Positions 19,299-28,748 of a DNA stretch of 64,000 nucleotides are shown piece by piece. Both the position numbers and the translations under genes were made by a program. The notes beneath the pieces are model-generated. The model made no database searches. It worked only from the letters and a program-made list of their open reading frames with translations, and was not told the DNA's origin. Origin of the DNA: a virus; the IMG/VR virus record IMGVR_UViG_3300020153_000001, positions 71,540 through 135,539 of that record. The stretch is one strand, 5' to 3'. The stretch's first letter is position 1, and every line of letters starts with the position of its first letter.

Positions 19299-19916
19299 TT
19301 AGCTTGTCTGAGCCGCCCTCTCCAGTGTCCCATCCAGCCACCAGGGCAGTACTTCCTTGTAATCCCCGGCTAAGCTCTGCCGCCAATTCTCCAAAAGCGG
19401 CAGGTTAACCAGGGTTGACAGCAGTGCGAGATTTTCCGGGGTCTGCAGGGCCTCGTCGAACGCGGCGAGGGCATCGACGTACCGATTCACCGCGTCCCAG
19501 AGCGGTATAGAAGCTGGCTCATTCCAGCTTGCCTCCTGGGCTTCCGAAAGGGCCTCCAAAACGAAGAGGGATTCCATTCGGGCCTCTAATAATTCGGCGC
19601 ATATTGCTTCTTCAAGTTCCGGCGCGGTTTGGCCGCGCCGGGCGCCTAACAGTTGAGCGTCCTCTGTCCACAGCCGAATGAAATCCTCACCTAGCTCCGC
19701 CGCGGCGATGGCTACTGGTGGGTGTAAGCAGCCATCCATATCCGGCGGGACTTGGACCCCAAATGCACGACAGCGCCCCAGTGCCGCGGCCAATTGGTAC
19801 GCCGCTAGTTTGGCCTCATAGGAGACCTCTTTCTGTTCCCGGTTCTCGAACTCTTCTAAGGCGGCCGCCTCAAGGGCCTCTTTTAGTTCATCCAGGAAGA
19901 AGAATTCTTGACACAT
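19299..19916 (-). CDS. hypothetical protein, GC-rich
   Basis: Start reassigned to MCQEFF (19916) behind a GGAGG SD. Confidence 0.6.
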   Translation of the reverse strand: MCQEFFFLDELKEALEAAALEEFENREQKEVSYEAKLAAYQLAAALGRCRAFGVQVPPDMDGCLHPPVAIAAAELGEDFIRLWTEDAQLLGARRGQTAPELEEAICAELLEARMESLFVLEALSEAQEASWNEPASIPLWDAVNRYVDALAAFDEALQTPENLALLSTLVNLPLLENWRQSLAGDYKEVLPWWLDGTLERAAQTS

Positions 19917-20140
19917 TTTATTCCCTCCAAAAGTAAAAAAAAAAGGACCGTTCCTCTTGGGGCGGCACCGCACCGCCCGCGTCCCATATTAATTGCCGCG
20001 AAAACTCCAAAAACTTTAGCGGTATCGGGGGGAGGCGGAGCAGTGTACCGCTCCGCCTCCTTTTTCTGCTGATTTCGCAATCAACAAATTTTAGGGCTTT
20101 CTCTATTTGGCTATTCTTTCAGCAGCGTCGAAAACCAACT

Positions 20141-20971
20141 CTATCGTTTGTCGGCCTCCTTGAATGTGCAAGCATAGCACTTGCTAAGCGTGTCTACTAC
20201 AATGTCTTCGTCGAGCTCGTGCCCAAAATATGTGGCGCATCCTATCTGATCACTACCATCATCGTCGACGATACAGACAACAACGTCATAGACACAACCG
20301 TTTAACGTGTCTTCCAGTGTTTTGTACAGCTTCTCCACAGTCGACTGGTCGTTCTGGTCTGTCACGTACTGGCAAATACGTTGCTTAAATTCCTCTATAG
20401 GCATATTACTGAGCGCTTTCGCAACGGTTTCATCAAAATCAAGGATATTAGATAGATTGAAGTTGCTAATACCGAAATCCAAATCCATTGCGTATCGAAC
20501 AGTTTTCATATCCGGCAGAAATAACCCTGCCGGGCAAACAACGTCCCATTGTCGATCAATCTGACATCCGCCAATAGGGTATATATAGATACCGCTATGT
20601 ATGTAGGCCTCAAATGGTATAAGTAGTGAGGCAAGGTATCTTGGCGCGTTGCTATCCTCGCGCAACGGTTCTTCGCATTTGTAGTACCGGTATAGTTTCC
20701 TTGCGAGCTCTTCGTCTTTTACCAAGTCTTTTAGAAAGAACAAAGGCACTACACCATAATGCTCAAGATATTCGTTACCAACGTAAGCTGGTTCGACGAA
20801 GGCAATCGTCAGATCGCCGTTGCCGGTTTCGATAACCCACAGCGCTGTATCGTCAATTTCAACGATATCGTCGTATCTCAAATCTGCGTAACGAATTTTT
20901 TGCAGGTTTCGTGCTTTTAGCTGACGAAAGTCACGCACATCATTTAAACTAAGGCGTAATACTTCGGGCAC
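20141..20971 (-). CDS. hypothetical protein (276 aa)
   Basis: Acidic ORF with an AAGGAGG SD. Confidence 0.6.
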   Translation of the reverse strand: MPEVLRLSLNDVRDFRQLKARNLQKIRYADLRYDDIVEIDDTALWVIETGNGDLTIAFVEPAYVGNEYLEHYGVVPLFFLKDLVKDEELARKLYRYYKCEEPLREDSNAPRYLASLLIPFEAYIHSGIYIYPIGGCQIDRQWDVVCPAGLFLPDMKTVRYAMDLDFGISNFNLSNILDFDETVAKALSNMPIEEFKQRICQYVTDQNDQSTVEKLYKTLEDTLNGCVYDVVVCIVDDDGSDQIGCATYFGHELDEDIVVDTLSKCYACTFKEADKR

Positions 20972-21005
20972 GGTCCAGATCCTCCTTAAGGGTAGCGTTA
21001 ATAAT

Positions 21006-21025
21006 TTTTGACTCCGGAGTCAAAA
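21006..21025. repeat. 20-bp palindrome, copy 6
   Basis: Exact match, intergenic. Confidence 0.95.
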
Positions 21026-21146
21026 TTAAGCCTATAAGATCCCAACCGTCCGATCCACCGACTGTGTAAGTGATAGCTAGTCTGCGCTGTTCTGTGATGG
21101 AACTCGCGTAGGAAGATTGTGGCTGTCGCCTATTGATAAAAAATAA

Positions 21147-21219
21147 TAGGCCGGGCAGGAATCGAACCTGCAGCCGGCGGATTAGAAGTCCGCTGCTCTA
21201 TCCTTTGAGCTACCGGCCC
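21147..21219 (-). tRNA. tRNA-Arg(TCT)
   Basis: GGGCCGG/CCGGCCT acceptor, anticodon loop CTTCTAA, GGTTCGATTCC T-arm; CCA not encoded. Confidence 0.92.
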
Positions 21220-21260
21220 TTGGCTTTTCCTTTAAGATCAGGGAGAAATGCGCCCGCCTC

Positions 21261-22271
21261 CTATCCGGTTATTTGTCTAAACGCCTCGTTGCACGCAGAT
21301 ATCGCAAATTTGCTATCTAGACCGTCGGAGAACGCGGCTATTTCGTCGTGGTCGACAAGCTGTTTGGACAGATTGTTATAAGCAGCATAATAGTCCGGCG
21401 CGAGTAGCTCTTTTCTTTCTGCTAGCTGTTGACCTAACTGGATGATGTTTTCGCGTGTCGTCTTGCAGGGGCTGGCCAAGAAGGTGCAGAGCGCCCGCCT
21501 TACATCTCCTGCTGTTAGGAAATAGCTGATAGCTTCATTAAGAGCGCTCTCATTAAACGTAGGCGGAATGCCGTGTCCAAACTGCGAATAGTATGAAAGC
21601 AAGCTGACCTCTGATATATATGTCCTATTTACAAGCGGCCAAATAGCTGGCGTGACGCAGCCGTCAAATGCGAGGTTTGTCACTATATTACCGTTTATCG
21701 AAGAGCGACTATTTTCGTCGGCTGGCAAGACGACTATATTGTAGCTGTCGAAGTCGTAGTCTACAGCTTTCAAGTTATGACAAGCACACAAGTCATGGAG
21801 CCTACGCGTTGCATATTCTTCTGTCTGTCTTATAAACGACCCGCCCGACATGTAACAGCGCGGAGCAAGCCTGCACAAAACCTTTACAGCTAGCAGATCG
21901 ATAATACGCTCCGACGTATGATATTGGCGAGACATGGCGAAATCGTATATGGCGTAGATTTCCTCCTTTGTCAGATACTTGGCTGCGCGGAACAAAGTTA
22001 AGATCGGAGCATTTACGATAACCGGATATCGCTCTTCAACGCTGGCAAAAGGTATAAGGCCAAGATCGGCGACGGCTATCGGGCACGTTTCAATAAGCCG
22101 ACGTAATAGGCGACGACAGTCGGGAGCAGACCAGTCGTTATATATAGCAGATAGCAGCGTGTATTTTGGGTCACAAAACTTCTCCCTAATATTGCTAATA
22201 GAAACCGACCCGAAGTCTATTCCTCTAGATTTGAAATCCCTTAGCAGGGCTAAAAACGGGTCGTAGACCAT
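21261..22271 (-). CDS. hypothetical protein (336 aa)
   Basis: Long ORF between the two tRNAs. Confidence 0.65.
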   Translation of the reverse strand: MVYDPFLALLRDFKSRGIDFGSVSISNIREKFCDPKYTLLSAIYNDWSAPDCRRLLRRLIETCPIAVADLGLIPFASVEERYPVIVNAPILTLFRAAKYLTKEEIYAIYDFAMSRQYHTSERIIDLLAVKVLCRLAPRCYMSGGSFIRQTEEYATRRLHDLCACHNLKAVDYDFDSYNIVVLPADENSRSSINGNIVTNLAFDGCVTPAIWPLVNRTYISEVSLLSYYSQFGHGIPPTFNESALNEAISYFLTAGDVRRALCTFLASPCKTTRENIIQLGQQLAERKELLAPDYYAAYNNLSKQLVDHDEIAAFSDGLDSKFAISACNEAFRQITG

Positions 22272-22363
22272 GCTAAGTCTCCCATATGACCGCTGCTCGA
22301 AGAGAAACTAAATAATCTTATGGGTGCCCGTAATTTGTTTAACTTGCGGCAAGCGGCCGTAAA

Positions 22364-22436
22364 TAGGCCAGGCAGGACTCGAACCTGCGACCCGTTGCTT
22401 ATAAGGCAACCGCTCTCACCCCTGAGCTACTGGCCT
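22364..22436 (-). tRNA. tRNA-Ile(TAT)
   Basis: AGGCCAG/CTGGCCT acceptor, GTTGC-CTTATAA-GCAAC anticodon arm, GGTTCGAGTCC T-arm. Confidence 0.9.
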
Positions 22437-22457
22437 ACCTCAATTGCTACTGACATG

Positions 22458-23378
22458 CTACACGCATATCATACTCGAGCGCTGTTCTGCATTAGTCGAT
22501 GTTGTCGGCGTACTTGCTATGTAATCGTATAGCGTCAGTAGAAAAGACGCGTTCTTCGTTTTTCCCTGCAACACTTCGATACATCGCCTGGGTAAAGACC
22601 CTATATACCTGAAAGCAATGGCTTCTGCAAGGTCATACATTGCGTTGGCCGTTGCTTTGTCAAATAAACTTTCCCTGGCATAATAAGCTAGCATATATGG
22701 AATAGAATTGACCGGCTCGTTAACATGCTTTAGCAAATCTAACAAAGGCGGTTCGTGTTCGTTATTCGGCTTATATCCGAGAAACAGCGGCATAATAGAT
22801 GGCAGGAAAAATTTATCGTTATCGACTATCTCCTTGAAAGTCTTACCGCAGCAGATCCTGCAAGCATCGGCGAACGTTAATCTACGCGTGTTGAAGTACT
22901 TAGGAATAGCACACGGCTCAAGTAGCTCTGTGTGTCTTAGACTATCAATGTCTGAAACGTCGACGTTGCTTACTACGCATTTGTGTTCTTCTCCAACGAC
23001 ATCTTCAAATACGCTATCGAACACCTTTTTTGTCTGTTCAGTTCTTAGCGTCTTTACAAATAGTTCTCTAAATAGCTTTCTAACAGGCGGTTTAAGCTCC
23101 GGATACAGATCGATAACAACCAGTCTAATATCTTCGACGAAATATACCATGCTGGCCTTAAACAAAGATTCGTCAACAGTCGATGGCATTATACTTATCA
23201 TTGCTTTCGTGTTACACAGCTCGTATGCCATTTGTATAATGACGTTTTTGCCGCCGATTAGTGTTGATGTTTCGCCACTGTCGTAATTAACTATACTGCT
23301 AAGTCTGTATAACATACCGGCGTTTCTATATAGAAATAACATGCTACTACCCTCCCGCAAACGCACTGTCAACCACAT
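22458..23378 (-). CDS. hypothetical protein (306 aa)
   Basis: Long ORF in an operon-like run. Confidence 0.6.
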   Translation of the reverse strand: MWLTVRLREGSSMLFLYRNAGMLYRLSSIVNYDSGETSTLIGGKNVIIQMAYELCNTKAMISIMPSTVDESLFKASMVYFVEDIRLVVIDLYPELKPPVRKLFRELFVKTLRTEQTKKVFDSVFEDVVGEEHKCVVSNVDVSDIDSLRHTELLEPCAIPKYFNTRRLTFADACRICCGKTFKEIVDNDKFFLPSIMPLFLGYKPNNEHEPPLLDLLKHVNEPVNSIPYMLAYYARESLFDKATANAMYDLAEAIAFRYIGSLPRRCIEVLQGKTKNASFLLTLYDYIASTPTTSTNAEQRSSMICV

Positions 23379-24333
23379 CCGTGATATACAAGCTATCTAG
23401 TTTATTAATGTCTTCGGCAGATAGAGAATAACGCATAAATGTTCTAAACATTGTGTAAGCTTCCGTTTTTACAAGCGCAGATGCTGTTTTAAGCGCAACA
23501 TCTGGTAATACTGAAAACGGCGAATTGAACACAATACTAGCAAGATATATCGGATCTGCTTTACTGTATATGTTACTGACGTATTCGTTCAGTATGAAAG
23601 GATTAAATAGTACTGGTAAGGTCGAATGATGCTCTGATATTAAATGTCCTGGTGGAATGTACAGTTCCCACAAATAGGACATTGTTACAGGTCCGCGCAC
23701 AGCACCTTCGTCGGATATTCCCTCTACGAACCTGAACTTCGTCCTGGCAGTGTGGTGTCGCTTAGCCTGCTTGAAATGCGTCATGTTTGCCAAATACGCC
23801 GGCAAATCGGCAAAGTCGTTAATATCACTGGAACTGGTAAATTCGCGCAAACTGGCTGTGGTCGCTTCTGTAACCTCGGCGACTGCGTTTTTCGACCGAC
23901 GGCTAACGGCTTTGGCAACTAGCTGGCAAGCACAAATGACGGAGATGTTAGATTTTATCTCATATAACTTTTGCTCGTATATTATGTCGAATATTTTTCT
24001 TATCTCTTCTTTCGATAAATATGGGAATACCTGCAAAGCTGCGAATATTGGCGCTGAACGAATAGCAAGGTCTCGCTGCTCCGGACTTAGTCTATGAATC
24101 AGGGTCTCAAGAAGCGTCTCCGGGCAGCGCGTTGCTGCGTCTAGACGTTGTTCTTCCGTTAATGCGCCATATCCGTAGATTACAGCCATAACGGGGTAGT
24201 CGTCGTAAGCCTTTGCTATATCTTCAACGGAACCATACAACAACGCTAGCAATACGTTACATGAGTCTGTCTTCTTCGCCTCTTTCGGCACCACGATTTG
24301 TCGTCCTGCGACAAGTTTCGGGTCTGGCCACAT
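23347..24333 (-). CDS. hypothetical protein (328 aa)
   Basis: Long ORF directly after the vWA gene. Confidence 0.65.
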   Translation of the reverse strand: MWPDPKLVAGRQIVVPKEAKKTDSCNVLLALLYGSVEDIAKAYDDYPVMAVIYGYGALTEEQRLDAATRCPETLLETLIHRLSPEQRDLAIRSAPIFAALQVFPYLSKEEIRKIFDIIYEQKLYEIKSNISVICACQLVAKAVSRRSKNAVAEVTEATTASLREFTSSSDINDFADLPAYLANMTHFKQAKRHHTARTKFRFVEGISDEGAVRGPVTMSYLWELYIPPGHLISEHHSTLPVLFNPFILNEYVSNIYSKADPIYLASIVFNSPFSVLPDVALKTASALVKTEAYTMFRTFMRYSLSAEDINKLDSLYITDVVDSAFAGG

Positions 24334-24336
24334 CGG

Positions 24337-25704
24337 TCATTTCCTTTTTAAGTGCGGAAATAGGTCGTCTAGCATAACATATTGTACCCAGTCTGGAATC
24401 TGCCAGTGATCCGGCTTTGTTATAACCGCAATAACCTTCGTCGTTTTCGGCTCTTCGCCCCACGGCGTCCAACCGTCTGTGAATACAATAAGGTAATCTA
24501 GGGGTTTGCCCTGATTCATCTCCTCGATCTGCTTTATCATTTTACCCACGTCCGTGCCGCCTTCGCCTATTAGAATAGGCTTTTGGCCTCGGCATAGTTT
24601 CTGCACACTATTGACGTCGGTATCGCCGGAATAGAACATGATCTCGCTATATTTATCGTTTCTTACAAACGCGTTTACGCATTGAATGCACATGCGAAGC
24701 TCGTGTTCAAGCTCCATACTTCCAGATGTGTCAATGAGTACCCCTACACGAGCGTAGTTACCTGTATATGGCGGAATGACATAGCCCATTCTATATTGTT
24801 CAACGTACTGTCTGCGGCGTACTCGTGTAATGTCGAGATTCGATGACCCGCTCTTATGAGACATTCGCCTTGCGTCGGTAAGTAATTTAATGAGCTTTCC
24901 TATACTCGCGTTACAACCAAATTCTTCTAGTTCTCTAAGTACGTTACCCCTTGACGTACCGCGCTGCAAGTGCATAATGGTCTCCCTTGCTATATCTATT
25001 AAGTTGGAGACCGTCTGTTGAGATGGGGCCGCATTGGTATCGCTCTCCCATGGTTGAGGCTGCCCGTGCACGGCGGAACCGGCGTGAGCACGAATAATGT
25101 CTTCATCTATATTACCGCCAGACTTGGTGTTACTTACACCATTAGAACATTCTGAGGCGTTGCCTGACTCACCGGTATTGGACTGATCGTCCGCCGATCT
25201 TATCTTGTCCTTTATCTCCTGAAGCTTTCTATATAGATCGTTTAGTCTATTCTGTGCCTCTTTTGGTAGCTGGTCGATGCTTGACGACGACAATCTACTA
25301 ACATAGTCCTCTACGGTAAGACCGTAAGGTAGGCCATAAAAGATAGGGTCAATAAGAAAACGCTTAGCAAAGTCGTGTGATAAAGCTCCGAGGTCCTTCA
25401 TGAACGAATATAGCGCCATCCTTGCAGCTATTGTCCATGTTTCTGGAGAACAAACCTTAAACTGTTCATATCTGTCAGCGTGGTGCAATACAAGATGGAA
25501 CATGTCCCTGATAATGAAGAACGGCAGAAGGAGGATATCCTCTTCTGTGACACGACGGTCGACGTACATTACCATACGCTTTGATAGCCCAGCTACTGGG
25601 AGCATTGGATGATCGACAACGACAATTGGCATTTCCATAATCATCTCTTTTAGATACGGGAACTTACTGGCTGCTTGTAGCTTGGCAACAGCAAAGTCTT
25701 CCAT
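24337..25704 (-). CDS. vWA-domain protein with an N-terminal DUF2201-like (peptidase-like) domain
   Basis: VLIDTSGSM, GGTD and VFTDG MIDAS motifs; start reassigned to MEDFAV behind AAGGAG. Confidence 0.82.
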   Translation of the reverse strand: MEDFAVAKLQAASKFPYLKEMIMEMPIVVVDHPMLPVAGLSKRMVMYVDRRVTEEDILLLPFFIIRDMFHLVLHHADRYEQFKVCSPETWTIAARMALYSFMKDLGALSHDFAKRFLIDPIFYGLPYGLTVEDYVSRLSSSSIDQLPKEAQNRLNDLYRKLQEIKDKIRSADDQSNTGESGNASECSNGVSNTKSGGNIDEDIIRAHAGSAVHGQPQPWESDTNAAPSQQTVSNLIDIARETIMHLQRGTSRGNVLRELEEFGCNASIGKLIKLLTDARRMSHKSGSSNLDITRVRRRQYVEQYRMGYVIPPYTGNYARVGVLIDTSGSMELEHELRMCIQCVNAFVRNDKYSEIMFYSGDTDVNSVQKLCRGQKPILIGEGGTDVGKMIKQIEEMNQGKPLDYLIVFTDGWTPWGEEPKTTKVIAVITKPDHWQIPDWVQYVMLDDLFPHLKRK

Positions 25705-25714
25705 ATCGGTCTCC

Positions 25715-26824
25715 TTACATTGCGCTACGAAGTTTTGTTGCAAGCGGCATGATAAGTGATACGATATCAGGCGGTAATACAAGGTCGGGCTTTCTGCGAT
25801 GCAATAAATGCACCATCAAGGCCGAGAATTCGCCGTGCCCGTTATGATATAGCTCTTCAATAAGATTAAACACACCGCGGCATTCTTCGCTGTTCTCTAG
25901 ATCAACAGCGGCACAGGCTGACCCGACAATGATATATAGCTGATCCAACCGGTACCCTCTTAATACCTTAAGCCCTTTTGCGGCTTTCTGAATCAATTCC
26001 TTAACATCTGGCAGATCTAACTGTTCGAGATATTCACAGAATGCCCCGGCTGCTTGTTTGCCGACACAACCGCTCGCGATACGGAAGATATTTTCCTTAT
26101 AGATACCAGCGGCTTTAGCGCCGGCAAGCGCCCGACGCGCCAGATCCCATGACCGGCGCGTAGGAACGGGCTGATTTGTCATGCCCTTGACGTCCTTTGC
26201 AGCGAATGTGATGAACTGATGCGACGTCTTAAGAAAACCGCTGATGTAGCCGCCAATCTCAGGCAGATATTTGCTCCAATCCTCCTTCGATATTTTCGGG
26301 ACGCTTGGAACCTCAATATCAAAGCTCATATCAGGTGAGATCATGTGGGTCATCCACCTATCATCGTCAGGCTGCCAGTCGAAGCAGCATACACGTGTAA
26401 TAAATGGAATAGAGAATAGTGACGAGTTTGTGCCGGTTTCGACAGGGTTACCGGCGAGAACGAACCACGTGTGATCTGGGATTTTATAGGCTCCAACGCG
26501 GCGATGGGACAGAATTGTCAGCATTCGCAATTGATATGACTCGTCAAGTCCAGACGCCTCGTCAAAGAAGATAATCGACGGTTCTGAGCTAGCTACCTGT
26601 ACCCACTCTGGAGGGGTATATTTCATGACGCCTTCTTTAATATCGATATATGGCAGACCCGTTACTTCGATGGGGTCACCCTGATGGACAATAGCACTAT
26701 AGCACCGTCGCCCGAGTTTCTTGGCAACGAGCTCGATAGACGTTGTTTTTCCGCTCCCAGCAGGACCGCACAGATAGATAGGAACACCGGTCTGCATAAC
26801 AACGAACGGCGTACTGTCAAACAT
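25715..26824 (-). CDS. MoxR-like AAA+ ATPase
   Basis: Walker A GPAGSGKT, Walker B IIFFDE, LAGNP and PFITR; paired with the vWA gene. Confidence 0.85.
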   Translation of the reverse strand: MFDSTPFVVMQTGVPIYLCGPAGSGKTTSIELVAKKLGRRCYSAIVHQGDPIEVTGLPYIDIKEGVMKYTPPEWVQVASSEPSIIFFDEASGLDESYQLRMLTILSHRRVGAYKIPDHTWFVLAGNPVETGTNSSLFSIPFITRVCCFDWQPDDDRWMTHMISPDMSFDIEVPSVPKISKEDWSKYLPEIGGYISGFLKTSHQFITFAAKDVKGMTNQPVPTRRSWDLARRALAGAKAAGIYKENIFRIASGCVGKQAAGAFCEYLEQLDLPDVKELIQKAAKGLKVLRGYRLDQLYIIVGSACAAVDLENSEECRGVFNLIEELYHNGHGEFSALMVHLLHRRKPDLVLPPDIVSLIMPLATKLRSAM

Positions 26825-27191
26825 TCGCAGTCTCCTTAGTTAAAGGGGTTTCTACTAGCCGCAACAGAACGTAGTTTCGGTTGGCAGCTTCGGGGTCGCA
26901 GTGTGGTAACTCTTTATGAATGTTCTCTATGTGAATGCTATATTTCTTGTCGTCGTACTTAAGCTCCAGCACATCTCCTATCTTTCGAGTTGTGACAATA
27001 ATAGAATACTTTCTTGGTGGTTTCTTATGACCAGGGTATAAAAGCTCGATCTCGCGCCAGAATTGCAGTCGAAGGCTGACTCTAGATCTAGTCATTTTCT
27101 TAACAGAAAATGTAATAGGAGGGCTAGCCACATAGAGCTTAGCCTTCTGGTAAAGGACGAGTAATTCCATCTTGTTAGCTCCACGCCCCAA
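26817..27191 (-). CDS. hypothetical basic protein (124 aa), coupled to the RT
   Basis: Overlaps the RT stop and the AAA start; alternative start at 27170. Confidence 0.55.
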   Translation of the reverse strand: MGRGANKMELLVLYQKAKLYVASPPITFSVKKMTRSRVSLRLQFWREIELLYPGHKKPPRKYSIIVTTRKIGDVLELKYDDKKYSIHIENIHKELPHCDPEAANRNYVLLRLVETPLTKETANV

Positions 27192-28140
27192 AGGTTGTCG
27201 AGATCGTCGATTTTGCCCATTCTTCGTTCTTCCTTTCTACAAACTTCTTCCACGATAAAAGTCCTTTTGTCTGATTTGATTCGGGGTAAAACTTCATCAT
27301 AAATCGAAGTCTACGCTTAACAGCTCTCGTAATATGACAACCGTGTTCGTCCACGGCTAGGCCAAGGATGTGTTTGCGACCCTCTTTCACGTCTTGTAAT
27401 TTTACCTTACACAAGGAGAACTCTTTTAGACATTCTTTGAGATAATTTAGCACCTCATCCGCCATACTCTTGTCGTTAAATGAGAAGACCATATCGTCTG
27501 CATACCGCGTGTATACGACATTATTACGCATCGCCCATTGCCATATGCGTATATCATTTTCTAGAAACGCGAAATTAGACAGAATGGGACTTGTTGGGAA
27601 TCCTTGGGGAAGCGCTAACGAGCTTGCAAAATTGTATGGCGGACTAAACGTTCTATTTTCAAAATCGTATGGCGAGATAAATTTGTTATCTGCAAAATCG
27701 AACGATAGCGGTGATAGAAGTGGCCTCCTTATCAGTTCAAATGAAAATTTTCGCATAACGTTGTGGTAATTCTCAACAGCGCGGCTCAGCTTGCAATTGT
27801 GGAAGAAATCTACGATATCTACGGACAGGCTATACCTACAGCCACAGTGGGGTATCGCGGCGTCGACGACATTACCGCCAATCGTAAAACCGTATACGGG
27901 GATATTTTTGTATCTTCGCGTTTGCACAAAATGCTTGTAATTGCGAGTAAGCTGTCGCGCAATTTTTCTCATTATTTTTCTCTGTGCTTTGTCGGGAATA
28001 AAAATTAATCGAATCCTGCCGTCCGGCTTTTTAATCTCCCGTCTATAAATATTTCCGCCTGGCAGCTTGTAATATCTCAACCGTAGTGAGTTGTCCCTAA
28101 TAATAACAACACGCTCTGGCACCTCGTAAACTTTTCCCAT
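27175..28140 (-). CDS. retron-type reverse transcriptase
   Basis: EIKKPDGRIRLI (RT0/1), DAAIPH (NAxxH-like), VDIVDFF, LPQGFPTSPILSN, YTRYADD, ILGL (VTG-like); no maturase or endonuclease domain. Confidence 0.9.
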   Translation of the reverse strand: MGKVYEVPERVVIIRDNSLRLRYYKLPGGNIYRREIKKPDGRIRLIFIPDKAQRKIMRKIARQLTRNYKHFVQTRRYKNIPVYGFTIGGNVVDAAIPHCGCRYSLSVDIVDFFHNCKLSRAVENYHNVMRKFSFELIRRPLLSPLSFDFADNKFISPYDFENRTFSPPYNFASSLALPQGFPTSPILSNFAFLENDIRIWQWAMRNNVVYTRYADDMVFSFNDKSMADEVLNYLKECLKEFSLCKVKLQDVKEGRKHILGLAVDEHGCHITRAVKRRLRFMMKFYPESNQTKGLLSWKKFVERKNEEWAKSTISTTFGAWS

Positions 28141-28179
28141 AACAGTCCTTTCAGGCGCAGCGGCAACTGAACAAAAAAT

Positions 28180-28342
28180 GGGCGGCCGCCGTCGAGGGGG
28201 GTATCGGTGCTGTGGACGGCTTTAGCCGGGCCACAGTAATACCGATGCCTACCTGACAGACCTGGTTTTTTTTAGCTCGGGTCTCCGGTCGGGTCATCAA
28301 CCAGCCGAGCGCACCGAGCGAATAAATGCACGGCGGCCGCCC
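28180..28342 (-). ncRNA. retron msr-msd ncRNA, unit A (RT-proximal)
   Basis: 13-bp a1/a2 arms GGGCGGCCGCCGT (28180-28192 / 28330-28342), unpaired G at 28329, msr stem GCTCGG/CCGAGC, long msd hairpin 28200-28249. Confidence 0.85.
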
Positions 28343-28357
28343 TTTTACCGTTTAGAT

Positions 28358-28377
28358 TTTTGACTCCGGAGTCAAAA
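28358..28377. repeat. 20-bp palindrome, copy 7
   Basis: Exact match, 15 nt upstream of retron unit A. Confidence 0.95.
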
Positions 28378-28569
28378 ACTTACGCCACGACAAAACCCTG
28401 CGGTTGCAATAAGTGTATCAGCAGGGTCCGGCGCAGATAGCCACCGCCCCTAGGAACTAGAATGGTGTGCCGGCGGCAGAACCGTTCTGCCGAACTACCG
28501 GCGGCGCCAGACCCTTATCGACTAAAAAATAGTAATCTGATGAAGGCTAAATATTTTTGTTAATATATT

Positions 28570-28731
28570 CTGCCGCGCTAGCCAGTCCGTATCGAACGGA
28601 TAACTAGAACTGCGAAGCGAAGCAACCGCTGCAGCGAGCAAGTTCTAGTTAGTCCTGTGTTCTAGGGCATTTTTTCGCCGATCATTCGTTCGTACGTCGG
28701 CGACACGCATACGGACTGGCTAGCGCGGCAG
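28570..28731 (-). ncRNA. retron-like msr-msd ncRNA, unit B
   Basis: 23-bp perfect arms (28570-28592 / 28709-28731), branch G 28708, msr stem TCGCCGA/TCGGCGA, msd stem TAACTAGAACT/AGTTCTAGTTA. Confidence 0.78.
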
Positions 28732-28748
28732 GGCGGACGGGTCAATAT

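Noticed and set aside
21133-22532. Plus-strand ORFs 21133-21381 and 22320-22532
   Set aside because: They are antisense shadows of the tRNA genes.
27175-28140. RT as a diversity-generating retroelement
   Set aside because: The RT has the retron-type QGxPTSP rather than the DGR G..SQ motif, there is no Avd-like gene, and I found no TR/VR pair with adenine-specific mismatches.
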